Notes: generated by a model not told the origin, from the sequence alone. Positions 47,480 through 57,068 are shown, numbered from the stretch's first letter. The stretch is 64,000 bases of DNA from a virus (IMGVR_UViG_3300030332_001481:291486-355485); one strand, 5' to 3'. Made by a program: numbers and translations.

Positions 47480-48147
47480 TTCGAGGCCTCTCGTGCTTTG
47501 CGCGTTTTCGCGTCTACACCGAAGTAGCTATCTAGCCCAGCCACTGACTTGGGCATCACATTCTGAACTCGCTCGGCCAACCGTCGGAATGTGTCCTCTG
47601 CCAGTACAATCGCGTCACGGTTAGGGATACCGCGCTTCTTCAACTCGCCCTTCAGCTTGCGGGTCTCCTCTGTGGAGACACGAACAAGATCGGTCACGAA
47701 GGGGTTGAAGACCTTTTGGATAATGTCGTCGACGGTATCCTCAGGCGTCTTGATCTTGTCCAGCTCGGACAGCAAATCCCTGTATTCTGCCACCAGGCCA
47801 CGGTAGGCGGTGACGAGGTTGCCGTTTGACCACCCGGCCTGGTCCAACTGCTGCTTGGTTCGGTAGATGCTCTCTTCTAGCTCTTCGAGCATCTCCACCA
47901 GGCGCTCAGTGCGACTGCGGGGAGTCCGGATGAAGTTCTCACAGTAGACTCTGACGTCGTCGAAGTCGATACCGTGCTCTCTTCCAATGTCCTCGTAGCT
48001 GACACCATCAGCGAACTGAGCGCTGATTACGTCAAGCTGACCCTGAGGCAGGTGAGATAGCGGGTGATTAGGGGAATCGTTACTCATATGATGAGGTCCA
48101 AAGCGAACAAGGGGCGCAACGCTATGCAGCGCCGGCCCCTTGCTCAC
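47476..48147 (-). CDS. HTH plus coiled-coil protein, terminase small subunit candidate
   Basis: GVSYEDIGREHGID HTH; upstream of TerL; start could be MSND. Confidence 0.55.
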   Translation of the reverse strand: MSKGPALHSVAPLVRFGPHHMSNDSPNHPLSHLPQGQLDVISAQFADGVSYEDIGREHGIDFDDVRVYCENFIRTPRSRTERLVEMLEELEESIYRTKQQLDQAGWSNGNLVTAYRGLVAEYRDLLSELDKIKTPEDTVDDIIQKVFNPFVTDLVRVSTEETRKLKGELKKRGIPNRDAIVLAEDTFRRLAERVQNVMPKSVAGLDSYFGVDAKTRKAREASK

Positions 48148-48168
48148 TTAGTGTCCTAAGGTTTTCTA

Positions 48169-48435
48169 TTAGTCTTCACTGAGTGAATCATCATCTTCGT
48201 CTTCATCAGCGCTGGCGACACCACGTGGGCCTGGATCGAGGTGGGGTCGATGCTGCTTCATCTCGGGGCCACCCATATCCACAATCAAACCTAAAAGGCT
48301 GTGTGGGTCAGTGGGTAGTGCTTCCGCTTCCTCCGCGATGTCCGCAAGTTTCAGCGAAAGCCGAGCGAGGCGCTTAGCAGACGGGGGCAAGAGATTACTC
48401 GCTGGTGCCAGTCGTGCCGGTCCAACCTGAGTCAT
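48169..48435 (-). CDS. Small acidic hypothetical protein (start uncertain)
   Basis: Fills the gap between co-oriented genes. Confidence 0.45.
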   Translation of the reverse strand: MTQVGPARLAPASNLLPPSAKRLARLSLKLADIAEEAEALPTDPHSLLGLIVDMGGPEMKQHRPHLDPGPRGVASADEDEDDDSLSED

Positions 48436-49216
48436 CGGCGGGGCTCTCGGCCTGCTGGTTCAGTTTGCGGGTAAGCTTGTCCGCGAAGGACGAGTTACCA
48501 ACCGCACGCTCCCAGTAATCGCGAAGAATGCTCTTCTCGTCGCTGACCTTGCTCTCGGAGCGCTCGACGATGTTGAACACGCTCTCACGCGGAACGGTGT
48601 GGCTCTTACCACCAGAGCTGATGGAGACGTCGTCGCCGTTCATGCTGGTGATCTTGCCAACCTGGGGAAGCACGCCGTCGAAGAAACGAACGGTGTCGCC
48701 AGAGCTGAGAAGAGGAGCCGCCTGGCGAACCTTGTCGAAGGACGCGGACTTACGACCACGACGGTCAAGCTTCGCAGCCACGATGTCGGAGATGTTCTCG
48801 TTGGTCCGACGGATCATGAACTTGTTGGTGTCGTTGCTGACGACCTGCCAGAGGTGACCAGTCTGGTCATCCATGTAGCTGGACGCCGTAATGCGACGCA
48901 TGTTGACCGCGTCAGTCACCGGACGGCTGTCATGATGAAGGGTGAGCATGACGCTGACCGCGTTGCTTCCCTCATGAACGCTCGCCGTGTTGGACTGCGC
49001 GTGAACCCTACCGTTGAAAGTGGCCTCAACGTACCGCTCAAGCTGGCCAAGCGTGGGAACAGAACCCATTCCTGGCTCGTACGCGATGAGAGCGTTGCAC
49101 TTCATCGCATCGATCTCCCGCATATCCACGAGGAACATGTCGGAGCGCGGCGGCAGGTTGCTATCGGCGACCTTCTCGGCGAAACGGCTGAAAACCTTCG
49201 CTTGGAAATTACTCAT
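48395..49216 (-). CDS. Hypothetical protein with C-terminal KOW/SH3-like domain
   Basis: LSSGDTVRF...GKITSM...VSI......VPRESV. Confidence 0.75.
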   Translation of the reverse strand: MSNFQAKVFSRFAEKVADSNLPPRSDMFLVDMREIDAMKCNALIAYEPGMGSVPTLGQLERYVEATFNGRVHAQSNTASVHEGSNAVSVMLTLHHDSRPVTDAVNMRRITASSYMDDQTGHLWQVVSNDTNKFMIRRTNENISDIVAAKLDRRGRKSASFDKVRQAAPLLSSGDTVRFFDGVLPQVGKITSMNGDDVSISSGGKSHTVPRESVFNIVERSESKVSDEKSILRDYWERAVGNSSFADKLTRKLNQQAESPADDSGWTGTTGTSE

Positions 49217-49374
49217 TGTGAATTATTCTCCTAGGAGCCTGAGTTTTGGAAGGAGGCACTCAGGAGCCTGAGTTACAAATTTGTGGTCTGGTTCTGTGGT
49301 ACCTAGAGCCAGACCTGGGTACCTAGGTAGAAATAACGCGTAATTCCGATAATCTAATGGACTTCCTGCACTTC

Positions 49375-49551
49375 TTACTTGGAGTGTGCCCACCGTACCA
49401 GGCAAAGTATGGCGCTGTACCAGTAGAATTGGGCTCGGTCAGTGCAGTCCTGAGTCCGCCTCTTGTCTACATGACCGCGTGCCGCCTCCTCGTACACACG
49501 GGCACACCTAACCTCTGAAGCTGCACGCTCAGCGTGGGTTTTGAGGATCAT
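49375..49551 (-). CDS. 58 aa hypothetical protein (below track cut-off)
   Basis: GAGG RBS, MILKTHAERA...WAHSK stop. Confidence 0.5.
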   Translation of the reverse strand: MILKTHAERAASEVRCARVYEEAARGHVDKRRTQDCTDRAQFYWYSAILCLVRWAHSK

Positions 49552-49559
49552 GTCTTCCT

Positions 49560-50489
49560 CTACAGTGTACGAATTAGTTCTTCAGCCTGGGCTACCAGGT
49601 AGGAATGGTCCTTCTTGGACTCCCCAAGCTTCGCCTGGAGTTCCTTGAAGGGCTTGACCACGCGGTCGTCGATGTGGACCAGCCAGTCGGGCTTAGATCC
49701 CGTACGACGTACAAGCTCACGGTTCCTCGTACGAACCCGCTTCGTCGTCGGGTACAACCGATCGGCGTCAATCCCGAGAATACTGAGGACTGTCTCGCCT
49801 AGGAGTGTACGGCTGATTCCCAGCGCCTGCTCCAGCGCTCCAAGAGTGGAGTACTTGTTCACCGCCCACTTGACAATGGTCTCCACGGGGACCCGGCTCC
49901 GGGCCTCCAGGGCCACGTAATGTGTAGGCTTGGCCTCTTTGCACTCCGGGGAGCAGTAGTAGATGTGATGCTTGGACCGGTTCATCAGAGTCCGGATGTA
50001 CTGAGGCTTGTAGCTGGGGTCGTCCCAGCCCATGAACTTGGAGTCTGCAGGCTCGTCCGTGTCACTCGCATCTTCGTCAAGAAGAGAGCCCTCGTCGTCC
50101 ACGGGTTCCTTGAGTTCCGCCCATTCCTCAGAAGTAGGCGGAACGTCCAAGGCCTTCTCACAGTTGTAGCAGACGGGCTGGTTCATCAGTGTCACGAACT
50201 GCGGCTCGATCTCAGACTGGTTCGAGGCTCTAAGGGTCCCTCCCCGGAGGAGGCTCACCGCCTTTGACAGGTCCTTGATCACAGCGGACTTCTTTCGCCC
50301 AGTCAGCATACTGATGTCCAGGGGAGACAAAGAGTCCTCTCCCTGCTGATTCATGTACACCAGCATGCACCCCTTCACGTTGGGGTACTTCGTGTGGAAA
50401 GTACACTGAGTGAGCGTGCAGTCGGTCACGATCGGCTCCTTGTGGAGCTGACAGCGGACCTGCTTACTAGGGGTACTGGGGGACTTCAA
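49560..50489 (-). CDS. Cys-rich/HTH putative regulator
   Basis: N-terminal Cys cluster, CYNC...YCSPEC (TRASH-like), HTH-like TLGALEQALGISR. Confidence 0.7.
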   Translation of the reverse strand: MKSPSTPSKQVRCQLHKEPIVTDCTLTQCTFHTKYPNVKGCMLVYMNQQGEDSLSPLDISMLTGRKKSAVIKDLSKAVSLLRGGTLRASNQSEIEPQFVTLMNQPVCYNCEKALDVPPTSEEWAELKEPVDDEGSLLDEDASDTDEPADSKFMGWDDPSYKPQYIRTLMNRSKHHIYYCSPECKEAKPTHYVALEARSRVPVETIVKWAVNKYSTLGALEQALGISRTLLGETVLSILGIDADRLYPTTKRVRTRNRELVRRTGSKPDWLVHIDDRVVKPFKELQAKLGESKKDHSYLVAQAEELIRTL

Positions 50490-50672
50490 CTTATGAACCT
50501 CTCGCCATGTACCTCCACCGCATCTAAAATGGTAGCATTCGTGGGTAGAGGTGTTTGTTGGTATCGTAAAGGACTATTTACCCTGTGAATGAGCAAAATG
50601 CTCGAAAAATCGTAACCCAGCACAATCCATAGTGTGTACTGAACAGTTGGTCAGGAAGGAAACCGTATCCTC

Positions 50673-51008
50673 ATGCAGGAAAACCATAGTAAGATTCGCC
50701 CTCTACGTCCAGAGGACGCGACTGAGGAGCAACTGGAGCTTCTAAGCGAGTGGCTCACGGAGGTCGTCGAGGGCGAGCTTGAGATGGACCAGCTAGAGGA
50801 TGATCCGGCTGAGGGAAAGCACCAGGAGCTTACCTGCCTGCTTCTCGGCATCATCTCCCACATCCGTGAAGAGTTCCTCGGTGAGACGCAAGACGTCGCC
50901 TCAGCGGTCCTCAGCGGTATGTGGCCCGAGGAAGAGGACGATGACATCGACTACGAGAACGAGATGGCTTACGAGAACGACTGGCTCATGGACGAGCCTC
51001 CCCACTGA
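50673..51008 (+). CDS. Acidic hypothetical protein
   Basis: 111 aa ORF ending at a terminator. Confidence 0.7.
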   Translation: MQENHSKIRPLRPEDATEEQLELLSEWLTEVVEGELEMDQLEDDPAEGKHQELTCLLLGIISHIREEFLGETQDVASAVLSGMWPEEEDDDIDYENEMAYENDWLMDEPPH

Positions 51009-51025
51009 ACCCATCAAGCTCACGG

Positions 51026-51066
51026 AACAAAGCCCCGGTCACTTCATTAGTGACCGGGGCTTTGTT
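51026..51066. terminator. Bidirectional intrinsic terminator
   Basis: AACAAAGCCCCGGTCACT-TCATT-AGTGACCGGGGCTTTGTT. Confidence 0.9.
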
Positions 51067-51078
51067 GTTGGGGTCTAG

Positions 51079-51321
51079 TCACCAGATGTGGAGGTGAAGC
51101 CACGAGCCGTTGTAGCCGGGTCCAGGAGGCATCTCTTCGTCCCACCCGTCACTACCAATGACGGACTCGTGAGTGATGGCCTTTAGCTCTTCCTCGGTCG
51201 GTTCATGGTCAAAGGTCTCCAGGGTTCCGTAGTCGTCCCCCGACTCCGACGTTGCATCGACCCTCCAGATTCGGTTCTTCTTACTCTTTGTGATCTTGCC
51301 CATTTTTGATTTGATCTCCAT
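51079..51321 (-). CDS. Small hypothetical protein
   Basis: 80 aa ORF. Confidence 0.65.
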   Translation of the reverse strand: MEIKSKMGKITKSKKNRIWRVDATSESGDDYGTLETFDHEPTEEELKAITHESVIGSDGWDEEMPPGPGYNGSWLHLHIW

Positions 51322-51361
51322 TTGGTGAGCTGGTAGACGAACCTCTCCCTTCAGGGTGTCC

Positions 51362-54016
51362 TTAGAGACCCTTGGGGGAGTGGTTGGTGTCGGTGTTGGT
51401 GTCGTTGGAGGGTGGTTTTGGTCTCCTTCGACGTTTCTTGGGAGGTGGTGGTACCTCAGGGGGTGTGGGAGGGGCTAATTGAGTCGTAGAACATACTAGC
51501 TCCTCGGCTCTGGCCTCTGGCGCCGCTTGCGCGAGTGGTGGTTCATCGGTCGATCCAACTGAGGAAGGTGTCCCGGGGTGGGGCCCGAAGGGTCCCCACT
51601 GGGTCCTCTTCAACTGTTCGACTGGTGAACTCGTGAAGTTCGCAAGACTGAGGGGATCTCGTACTGGATTAACGAAGCCACCTTCAACGAGATCACCTTT
51701 AGAGAGATCTCCTTCAACGATCTCACCCGAATCCTCGTTGAACTCAGTACGGAACGGAGAAAGGGAGAGTACCTTCTCGAAATCCTTGTCAGAGAGGAGA
51801 GTTACTGTCCCAACTTCATCGAGATCTGATGGAAGCTCCTCTGAGGGATCTAAGTAAACCCGTCCCTCGTCAAGATCCTCCTGCAACGCGTCAAGACGCT
51901 CTTGCTTAGGGTCCTTGATCTTCGCTGATACTGGGACGGAAAGGAAGGAAGAGAGAAGCTCGTTTACTCGGGAGAGGATCTCCTCGGACTTCTCCTGGGT
52001 CGTTCTGATGCCATCGTGCTCACGCCCGATCACATGGGGAGCCAACTCTGGGTCCTCGAAGAGCTTCTCAAGGAGGTAGTCCACGATCTCCGTCTCTCGT
52101 GGGGCCAGGACCTTGTTGTAGACCTGGGTCATGAGAAGGGAGCGCAGCTTGGTGAACGCCTTGAGGAAATTCGGTGCGTGCTGGAGGAAGAACTCCTCCA
52201 CCTCTGGCTGGTGGGTTGCCCCGCGCTCGTCGTTCATCCACTTGAGGAGTGGGATCTTACCACCCAACTCCTCTCGTTGATCTTGATCGCACAGGCTAGT
52301 GAGGAACTCACGCTCTTCTAATGGAAGGTCGAAGTTCTGGAGCGCGTACTCGAACAAGATGACCGGGTGGCACTGGCAGATGTCGATCGCCGTCGTGCTG
52401 TGGAGCTTTCCGTCGAGTTCGTAGCGGACGAAGGGGCGGATTCGGCGCGCTACCTGGGTGAGGAGGTAGTGGAACCGGCCTGAAGTCTCGGTTCGGAAGA
52501 GAAGCTCGTCGTGTTCTGCGGTCTGGTACTGCTCGATGAGTCCAGCGGTGTGCCGGAGAGCACGCTCGTCCAGATTCTTCTGGGTCTGCTGCTGTGAGGT
52601 GATCGCGAGAGAGGGGATTGCCTCTCTCGCTGCGACGAGATCCAAGCGAAGATTCTTCGCTTTCTGCACGCAAACACGGTTAATTGGGGTGAACCGGGAC
52701 ATGCTGACGGCGATCGCGGTGGCGAGCGCTCGGTAATGTCTCGCGGCTACCGTTCCCTTGAGTGTGTAGTCGTACTTGGGGGCACGAGCGAGGGACCAGT
52801 TGCGGATGTAGAAGAGGATCGAGCGGCCAAATCCGTTCTTGGTCTTGGCTACGTACTTGCCGTTGCCGTTGGCGTTCTCGATTCGCCCGATCGCGTGGGA
52901 ATTTCTCCGGAAGAGGACATTCGTCGAGATGCCGGGGCAGACAGTCTGCTCGATGAGCTTGCTGTAGCCCGTGAAGAGCCGGCGGGATCCGTCCCGGGAC
53001 CGCTGAATCATGAGGTTCTGGTAGAGTGCGTCGATACCAGTGGCACACGGGGTCAGGGTGTTGATCGTTCGCTCGGGGAGAAGGTGGTAGTACTCCTTCT
53101 TCCGCTGGGTAACGACCCAGAGCTGCTCCGGGGTCAGTTTGACCGTCTCGGAGAGGGCCGCCATCAACGCGTCGGGGTTGACGTCGTGTGGGGTGAGGGA
53201 CTCACCTTTGTTAAGCCAGGCTTGATAAGCTTGCTGGAGATCTTCTTCTGTGCGCGTGTTCCGGCGCCAGGAGTTTTCGTTGGACCACGCCTTGGAGAGG
53301 AAGAACTCCAGGTCCTTGTCGACTTCGCCGAAGTGGGCGGGGTCGAGGAGGAGGCCTCGGCGGTTGACGCTTTCTTGTTGGGTCTTTCGGATCTGACCCT
53401 TGTACCTGGACTTGCGGAGGCACTTGGGGCGCTCGTCGGCGTTCAAGCCTCCGTCGATCCACTCTCGGACGTTGTCGAGCTTGGCTTTGGAGAGCGCGAC
53501 GGCTACGGTCCAGTCCTTTCGGTTGGAGGGATCGTAGATCTTGAAGAGGTTGGCGAGGCCTGGGCGGGTCGGGTTCTTCGGGTCGACCGTGTAAGAGCCG
53601 CTCTTGAACGTGGCGCAGACGGTGAGGTAGCTGCGGATCGCAACGAGGCGGGCGAAGAGTCGGACCGAATCGGGCGAATGGATGGGCTGGCCGGTCGGGA
53701 CGCAGAACCAACCCTCTTCTCTCTGCTCGACCAACCACTCGGGGGTAGCGCAGGCTCCCTTGGGGTCGAGGGCGACGAGCTGACCGTTGGCCGCCGCGAC
53801 TGGACACGGGGTCTGGCACATCAGGTAGGAGTAAAGGTGGCGAGCCCTCTTCTGCTTGGCGAGCCTGGCCCAGTCGACCGTGTTCTGGGGGAACCGGAGA
53901 GCCGCCTGCACACGCCAGGCTTCCAGCACTTCGCTGGGAAGGAAGAGTCCCATCTTCCCGTCTTCGTCGAAGACGGGGGAGATCTCTATCTCCTCTGTAC
54001 GTTGGCGTGCCTGCAT
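51362..54016 (-). CDS. Large protein with Pol A/T7-RNAP-superfamily (TV-Pol-like) palm domain
   Basis: SGRFHY.L....RRIR...AIDICQCHPVIL (motif A-like), VLAPRETEIVD, REHDGI (motif C-like). Confidence 0.6.
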   Translation of the reverse strand: MQARQRTEEIEISPVFDEDGKMGLFLPSEVLEAWRVQAALRFPQNTVDWARLAKQKRARHLYSYLMCQTPCPVAAANGQLVALDPKGACATPEWLVEQREEGWFCVPTGQPIHSPDSVRLFARLVAIRSYLTVCATFKSGSYTVDPKNPTRPGLANLFKIYDPSNRKDWTVAVALSKAKLDNVREWIDGGLNADERPKCLRKSRYKGQIRKTQQESVNRRGLLLDPAHFGEVDKDLEFFLSKAWSNENSWRRNTRTEEDLQQAYQAWLNKGESLTPHDVNPDALMAALSETVKLTPEQLWVVTQRKKEYYHLLPERTINTLTPCATGIDALYQNLMIQRSRDGSRRLFTGYSKLIEQTVCPGISTNVLFRRNSHAIGRIENANGNGKYVAKTKNGFGRSILFYIRNWSLARAPKYDYTLKGTVAARHYRALATAIAVSMSRFTPINRVCVQKAKNLRLDLVAAREAIPSLAITSQQQTQKNLDERALRHTAGLIEQYQTAEHDELLFRTETSGRFHYLLTQVARRIRPFVRYELDGKLHSTTAIDICQCHPVILFEYALQNFDLPLEEREFLTSLCDQDQREELGGKIPLLKWMNDERGATHQPEVEEFFLQHAPNFLKAFTKLRSLLMTQVYNKVLAPRETEIVDYLLEKLFEDPELAPHVIGREHDGIRTTQEKSEEILSRVNELLSSFLSVPVSAKIKDPKQERLDALQEDLDEGRVYLDPSEELPSDLDEVGTVTLLSDKDFEKVLSLSPFRTEFNEDSGEIVEGDLSKGDLVEGGFVNPVRDPLSLANFTSSPVEQLKRTQWGPFGPHPGTPSSVGSTDEPPLAQAAPEARAEELVCSTTQLAPPTPPEVPPPPKKRRRRPKPPSNDTNTDTNHSPKGL

Positions 54017-54131
54017 CTCACTAAGTTAGCATAACCAGTTCCCTGTCTCTTTACGGCATGGATCAGTTGTGGGCTTCTCCCGGAGAAACCAAATTGTCGT
54101 CTGTTATCTGACGCAAGTAGAACGTCCACTC

Positions 54132-54371
54132 ATGCTGGAGGTCAGATTGGTGTCTGCGGCTAGGCATAAAAGCATTAAGCAGCAGCAGGAGAGAGTCGCA
54201 CAGCAGGTCCTATCTCATAAGGCCCGCTTGTACTCAGCTATTGAGAAGCTGCTAGGTTGCCCATCAGGTAAGCCCCATGCTGCAGCCCTTGTCGAGGTTG
54301 AGAGTTGTCTCTTGGACTACCAAGTATGCCTCAAAAGCTTAGGGATACTCTCCCCAGTTCTGGGTGAGTAG
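54132..54371 (+). CDS. Small hypothetical protein
   Basis: ORF track, ATG 54132. Confidence 0.4.
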   Translation: MLEVRLVSAARHKSIKQQQERVAQQVLSHKARLYSAIEKLLGCPSGKPHAAALVEVESCLLDYQVCLKSLGILSPVLGE

Positions 54372-54392
54372 CCTGCTCTCATGGCTGCGTAC

Positions 54393-54947
54393 TTAGTGCG
54401 GGATCTTCTTTAGATCGAAGTATTTGGCGATGCCTGCAGCGTCCCGTGAGTGGACACTTGGGAGAAAACTGAACGTCTCCTCCCAATTTTCCTTCTGTTG
54501 CTTGTTGAACCACGTCTTCCACTGGGCGGGGGTGACCTGGTTCGTCATACGGTAACCGAACACGCGGGTGAGGACGCTTATGCGTCCAATCATCTGGTTG
54601 ATGGGTTCCGAGTGTACCGACTGCCCTCGGTTTCGAATCATGAACCGCTCTAGGACGACGTAGTCGGGGTTGAGGCGCGTCAAAAGATTGACGAAATTGT
54701 TGATGAACACAACGTCCTCATGGACGTCGGTCATGACTTTGATCCACCCATACTCTAGAACCTCCCCGCCGCAATAATGGACCCAGGCAAAATTGACTTT
54801 GCCTGGGTCCATTGCAAGGATGGTGGGTCTTGTTACTGCTTTAGAAGGTCCGACTCGGTCGAGTCGTTGATCAAGAAGTGCCTGTTCTGGTTCAGCACTT
54901 GCGCCAGCTTCGTTACTGGGTTGACTAGGTCTTCTTTGTTCTTCCAC
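54393..54947 (-). CDS. RuvC-like Holliday junction resolvase (start uncertain)
   Basis: ILAMDPG..NFAW, VVLERF, VTPAQWK, RDAAGIA. Confidence 0.8.
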   Translation of the reverse strand: MEEQRRPSQPSNEAGASAEPEQALLDQRLDRVGPSKAVTRPTILAMDPGKVNFAWVHYCGGEVLEYGWIKVMTDVHEDVVFINNFVNLLTRLNPDYVVLERFMIRNRGQSVHSEPINQMIGRISVLTRVFGYRMTNQVTPAQWKTWFNKQQKENWEETFSFLPSVHSRDAAGIAKYFDLKKIPH

Positions 54948-55231
54948 GCTGTTACTAACTCTTGGGCTAACTCATTAGTCTCAAAGAGGCGTTTCCTCAT
55001 TTGTGAGTACCGCACCTTTGCTTTGTTAATAACGTGAGAAGAGGTCTGCGCTGTCTCAAGTAGCCAGCTTCGGTACTTTGTTTCCGCTTCCAATCTGTAG
55101 TTGATCTCCTTGAGTTTAGTCAAGAATACAGAGTTGACAATCTCAGTGACGTCAACTAATTGATGGTAGTCGCCGTCTTTCAGCTCTAAAACATAGGAGT
55201 TGTCCTCATGGCATAGAAGCTCAATCTCCAC
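54833..55231 (-). CDS. Hypothetical coiled-coil protein
   Basis: 132 aa ORF. Confidence 0.65.
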   Translation of the reverse strand: MEIELLCHEDNSYVLELKDGDYHQLVDVTEIVNSVFLTKLKEINYRLEAETKYRSWLLETAQTSSHVINKAKVRYSQMRKRLFETNELAQELVTAWKNKEDLVNPVTKLAQVLNQNRHFLINDSTESDLLKQ

Positions 55232-55260
55232 GGCTGCCTAGCTTTCTGTGCTGGTAGAAA

Positions 55261-55653
55261 TCAGAATACGCGAACAGCTTCAGCTGTAAGCGGTACGCCA
55301 TCGTCCTCTACAATGAGGTAACGACGGTTGACCAAATCAGCCACCTGGTCTTTCACGTACTGGTCTAGGTTTGAGAAGATAGTCTCCTCAAACTGAGCAC
55401 CATCGATAGATACGTTGATGGTTGTCCCATGAGACGGCTGGTAACGGTGGGTATCTCCGAAACGGCCATTACTTTTGCGGCCTACGTAGCGCATCTGATC
55501 GCCCCTTGTGACGAATCCTACATCACTTGAGGAGAACATCTTAGCGCCGATCGTTACCATCGCTCCATCTCGTGTAGTCTGCCTGACAGTGGTAGCACTT
55601 GTACCGTCGGGAGGAGGGCTGGCAGCGGGGTCGCCTCTGTAGATGTAGATCAT
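55261..55653 (-). CDS. Putative virion structural protein
   Basis: Start MIYIYRGD at 55653 after GGAG. Confidence 0.65.
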   Translation of the reverse strand: MIYIYRGDPAASPPPDGTSATTVRQTTRDGAMVTIGAKMFSSSDVGFVTRGDQMRYVGRKSNGRFGDTHRYQPSHGTTINVSIDGAQFEETIFSNLDQYVKDQVADLVNRRYLIVEDDGVPLTAEAVRVF

Positions 55654-55657
55654 TCGT

Positions 55658-55858
55658 TTACTCCAAGGGCCTTGGTGGCCATTTGGACACCTTAGCCGCC
55701 TTGCGCTCATCTGCGTCCATGGCTTGCCATAGCAAATCCATTTTCGCAATGATAGCTGTGTTCTTCTGTTCCCAGTCCTCTTTGGCCTCGCCGCGAACCT
55801 TCTTTAGTTGCTCTGCTGCCTTGAGGTACTCTCTAACTAACTTGCTGTTTCTCGTCAT
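55658..55858 (-). CDS. Small hypothetical protein
   Basis: 66 aa ORF in operon. Confidence 0.6.
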   Translation of the reverse strand: MTRNSKLVREYLKAAEQLKKVRGEAKEDWEQKNTAIIAKMDLLWQAMDADERKAAKVSKWPPRPLE

Positions 55859-55861
55859 TTC

Positions 55862-56992
55862 TCATACCTCCCTCAAAGGCTTCCCAACGTCTGCATGGCC
55901 AGGGGCCGTGACGGTGGGCCCGTCAGACTTGCTTGTCTCCACCCTGTGTCCAGGGCTTCGCATGTGAGTTGGATTGGCTTTGAGGAAGGCAGCCGCATCT
56001 TCAGCATCAGTTTGAATGCTCTTGATGTGGTTAGGCAGGATAAGGGGGTTGATGTTGCCTAGGGGCACCCTAGCGTAACCCTCGAAGGACTGGATCAGGC
56101 GAGCCTGAAGGTCCCACGAGGTAAGAATGCCCTCGGGCTTGTTGTCTGACACGCCGTTGATTTTCCAGCGTGTACCATCGGCTGTGTTGTACAGCCAGTC
56201 TTCTGTTGTGATGTTCTTGAGGGTGTTGTCTGTCCAGAACGCCTGTGAACTAAAGCTCTGGTAAACACCCAACTCTTCAAGTGTCAAACTCTCCTGTACA
56301 CGTGGGATATTTACCCGAATTTCAGTGTGCTGAAGAAGCTTGTATGCGAATCTAATACCTATTACCTTAGGTAAGGGACTGCTAGGTGTTTTTCGACGCA
56401 GCGTTATCTTGAAATGCAACCTTTGTTGCCCAAGCCGTGTCCGGAAACTGTCCTCACTGAGGCGAGAGAACTCAGCCTCAGCCGGGGACTTGATCCAGTA
56501 GTCGATGGACGTACCGGAAGGTGCGTAGTCGAGTATGTTGAGGGTATCTACCAGACCTAGGTTTTGCTTGATATCTAGGTCGAACTCAAGTGTTCCGTGC
56601 ACTGCGGTTCGGTGGAGCGACCAGTACACGGGACGCGTTGGGTTGTTGTAATCTGGGGAGACGTTCGCGCATCGAACGTTGGGTGAGGTGACGTCGAAGA
56701 CCTCTAGTTTCGTCCCGCGCTTCTGGTAGCCTCCAACGATTCCCACTCCGTAACACACAGGGCAGATGCCGCTGGGGTCTGACTCAATGTCGAAGCAGGA
56801 GCACCGACGCCCCACTTTGATTCTCTGAAAGAACTCGAAGTAGGTGGGACTGACATTTGAAGCATTTTGGCTCATTCGTGCAATAGCTGGAATGAGGTCT
56901 TCACGCGCTCGACGCTGAGGTACGTCACCCAGAATATCTGTCCTGGAGTTGACTCGGTCATTGTCCGGCGGTCTGTAGCCCCTTGCGCCCAT
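55862..56992 (-). CDS. Putative neck/head-closure protein with Zn motif
   Basis: GRRCSC...CPVCYGVG..GGY motif of large-phage structural proteins. Confidence 0.6.
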   Translation of the reverse strand: MGARGYRPPDNDRVNSRTDILGDVPQRRAREDLIPAIARMSQNASNVSPTYFEFFQRIKVGRRCSCFDIESDPSGICPVCYGVGIVGGYQKRGTKLEVFDVTSPNVRCANVSPDYNNPTRPVYWSLHRTAVHGTLEFDLDIKQNLGLVDTLNILDYAPSGTSIDYWIKSPAEAEFSRLSEDSFRTRLGQQRLHFKITLRRKTPSSPLPKVIGIRFAYKLLQHTEIRVNIPRVQESLTLEELGVYQSFSSQAFWTDNTLKNITTEDWLYNTADGTRWKINGVSDNKPEGILTSWDLQARLIQSFEGYARVPLGNINPLILPNHIKSIQTDAEDAAAFLKANPTHMRSPGHRVETSKSDGPTVTAPGHADVGKPLREV

Positions 56993-57068
56993 AAAGTACG
57001 TCTCTGTTTTATTGGTTTATCTAGTCAGTAGACTCGCTTCCCACATAACGTCACGGAATTCGCCAAAT

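Noticed and set aside
49223-49405. 60 aa minus-strand ORF
   Set aside because: No clear RBS and it overlaps the better supported 49375-49551 ORF; the region is more likely regulatory.
52736-54034. 432 aa + strand ORF
   Set aside because: Antisense shadow of the 884 aa gene; V/L/G-rich composition typical of reverse frames and no motifs.
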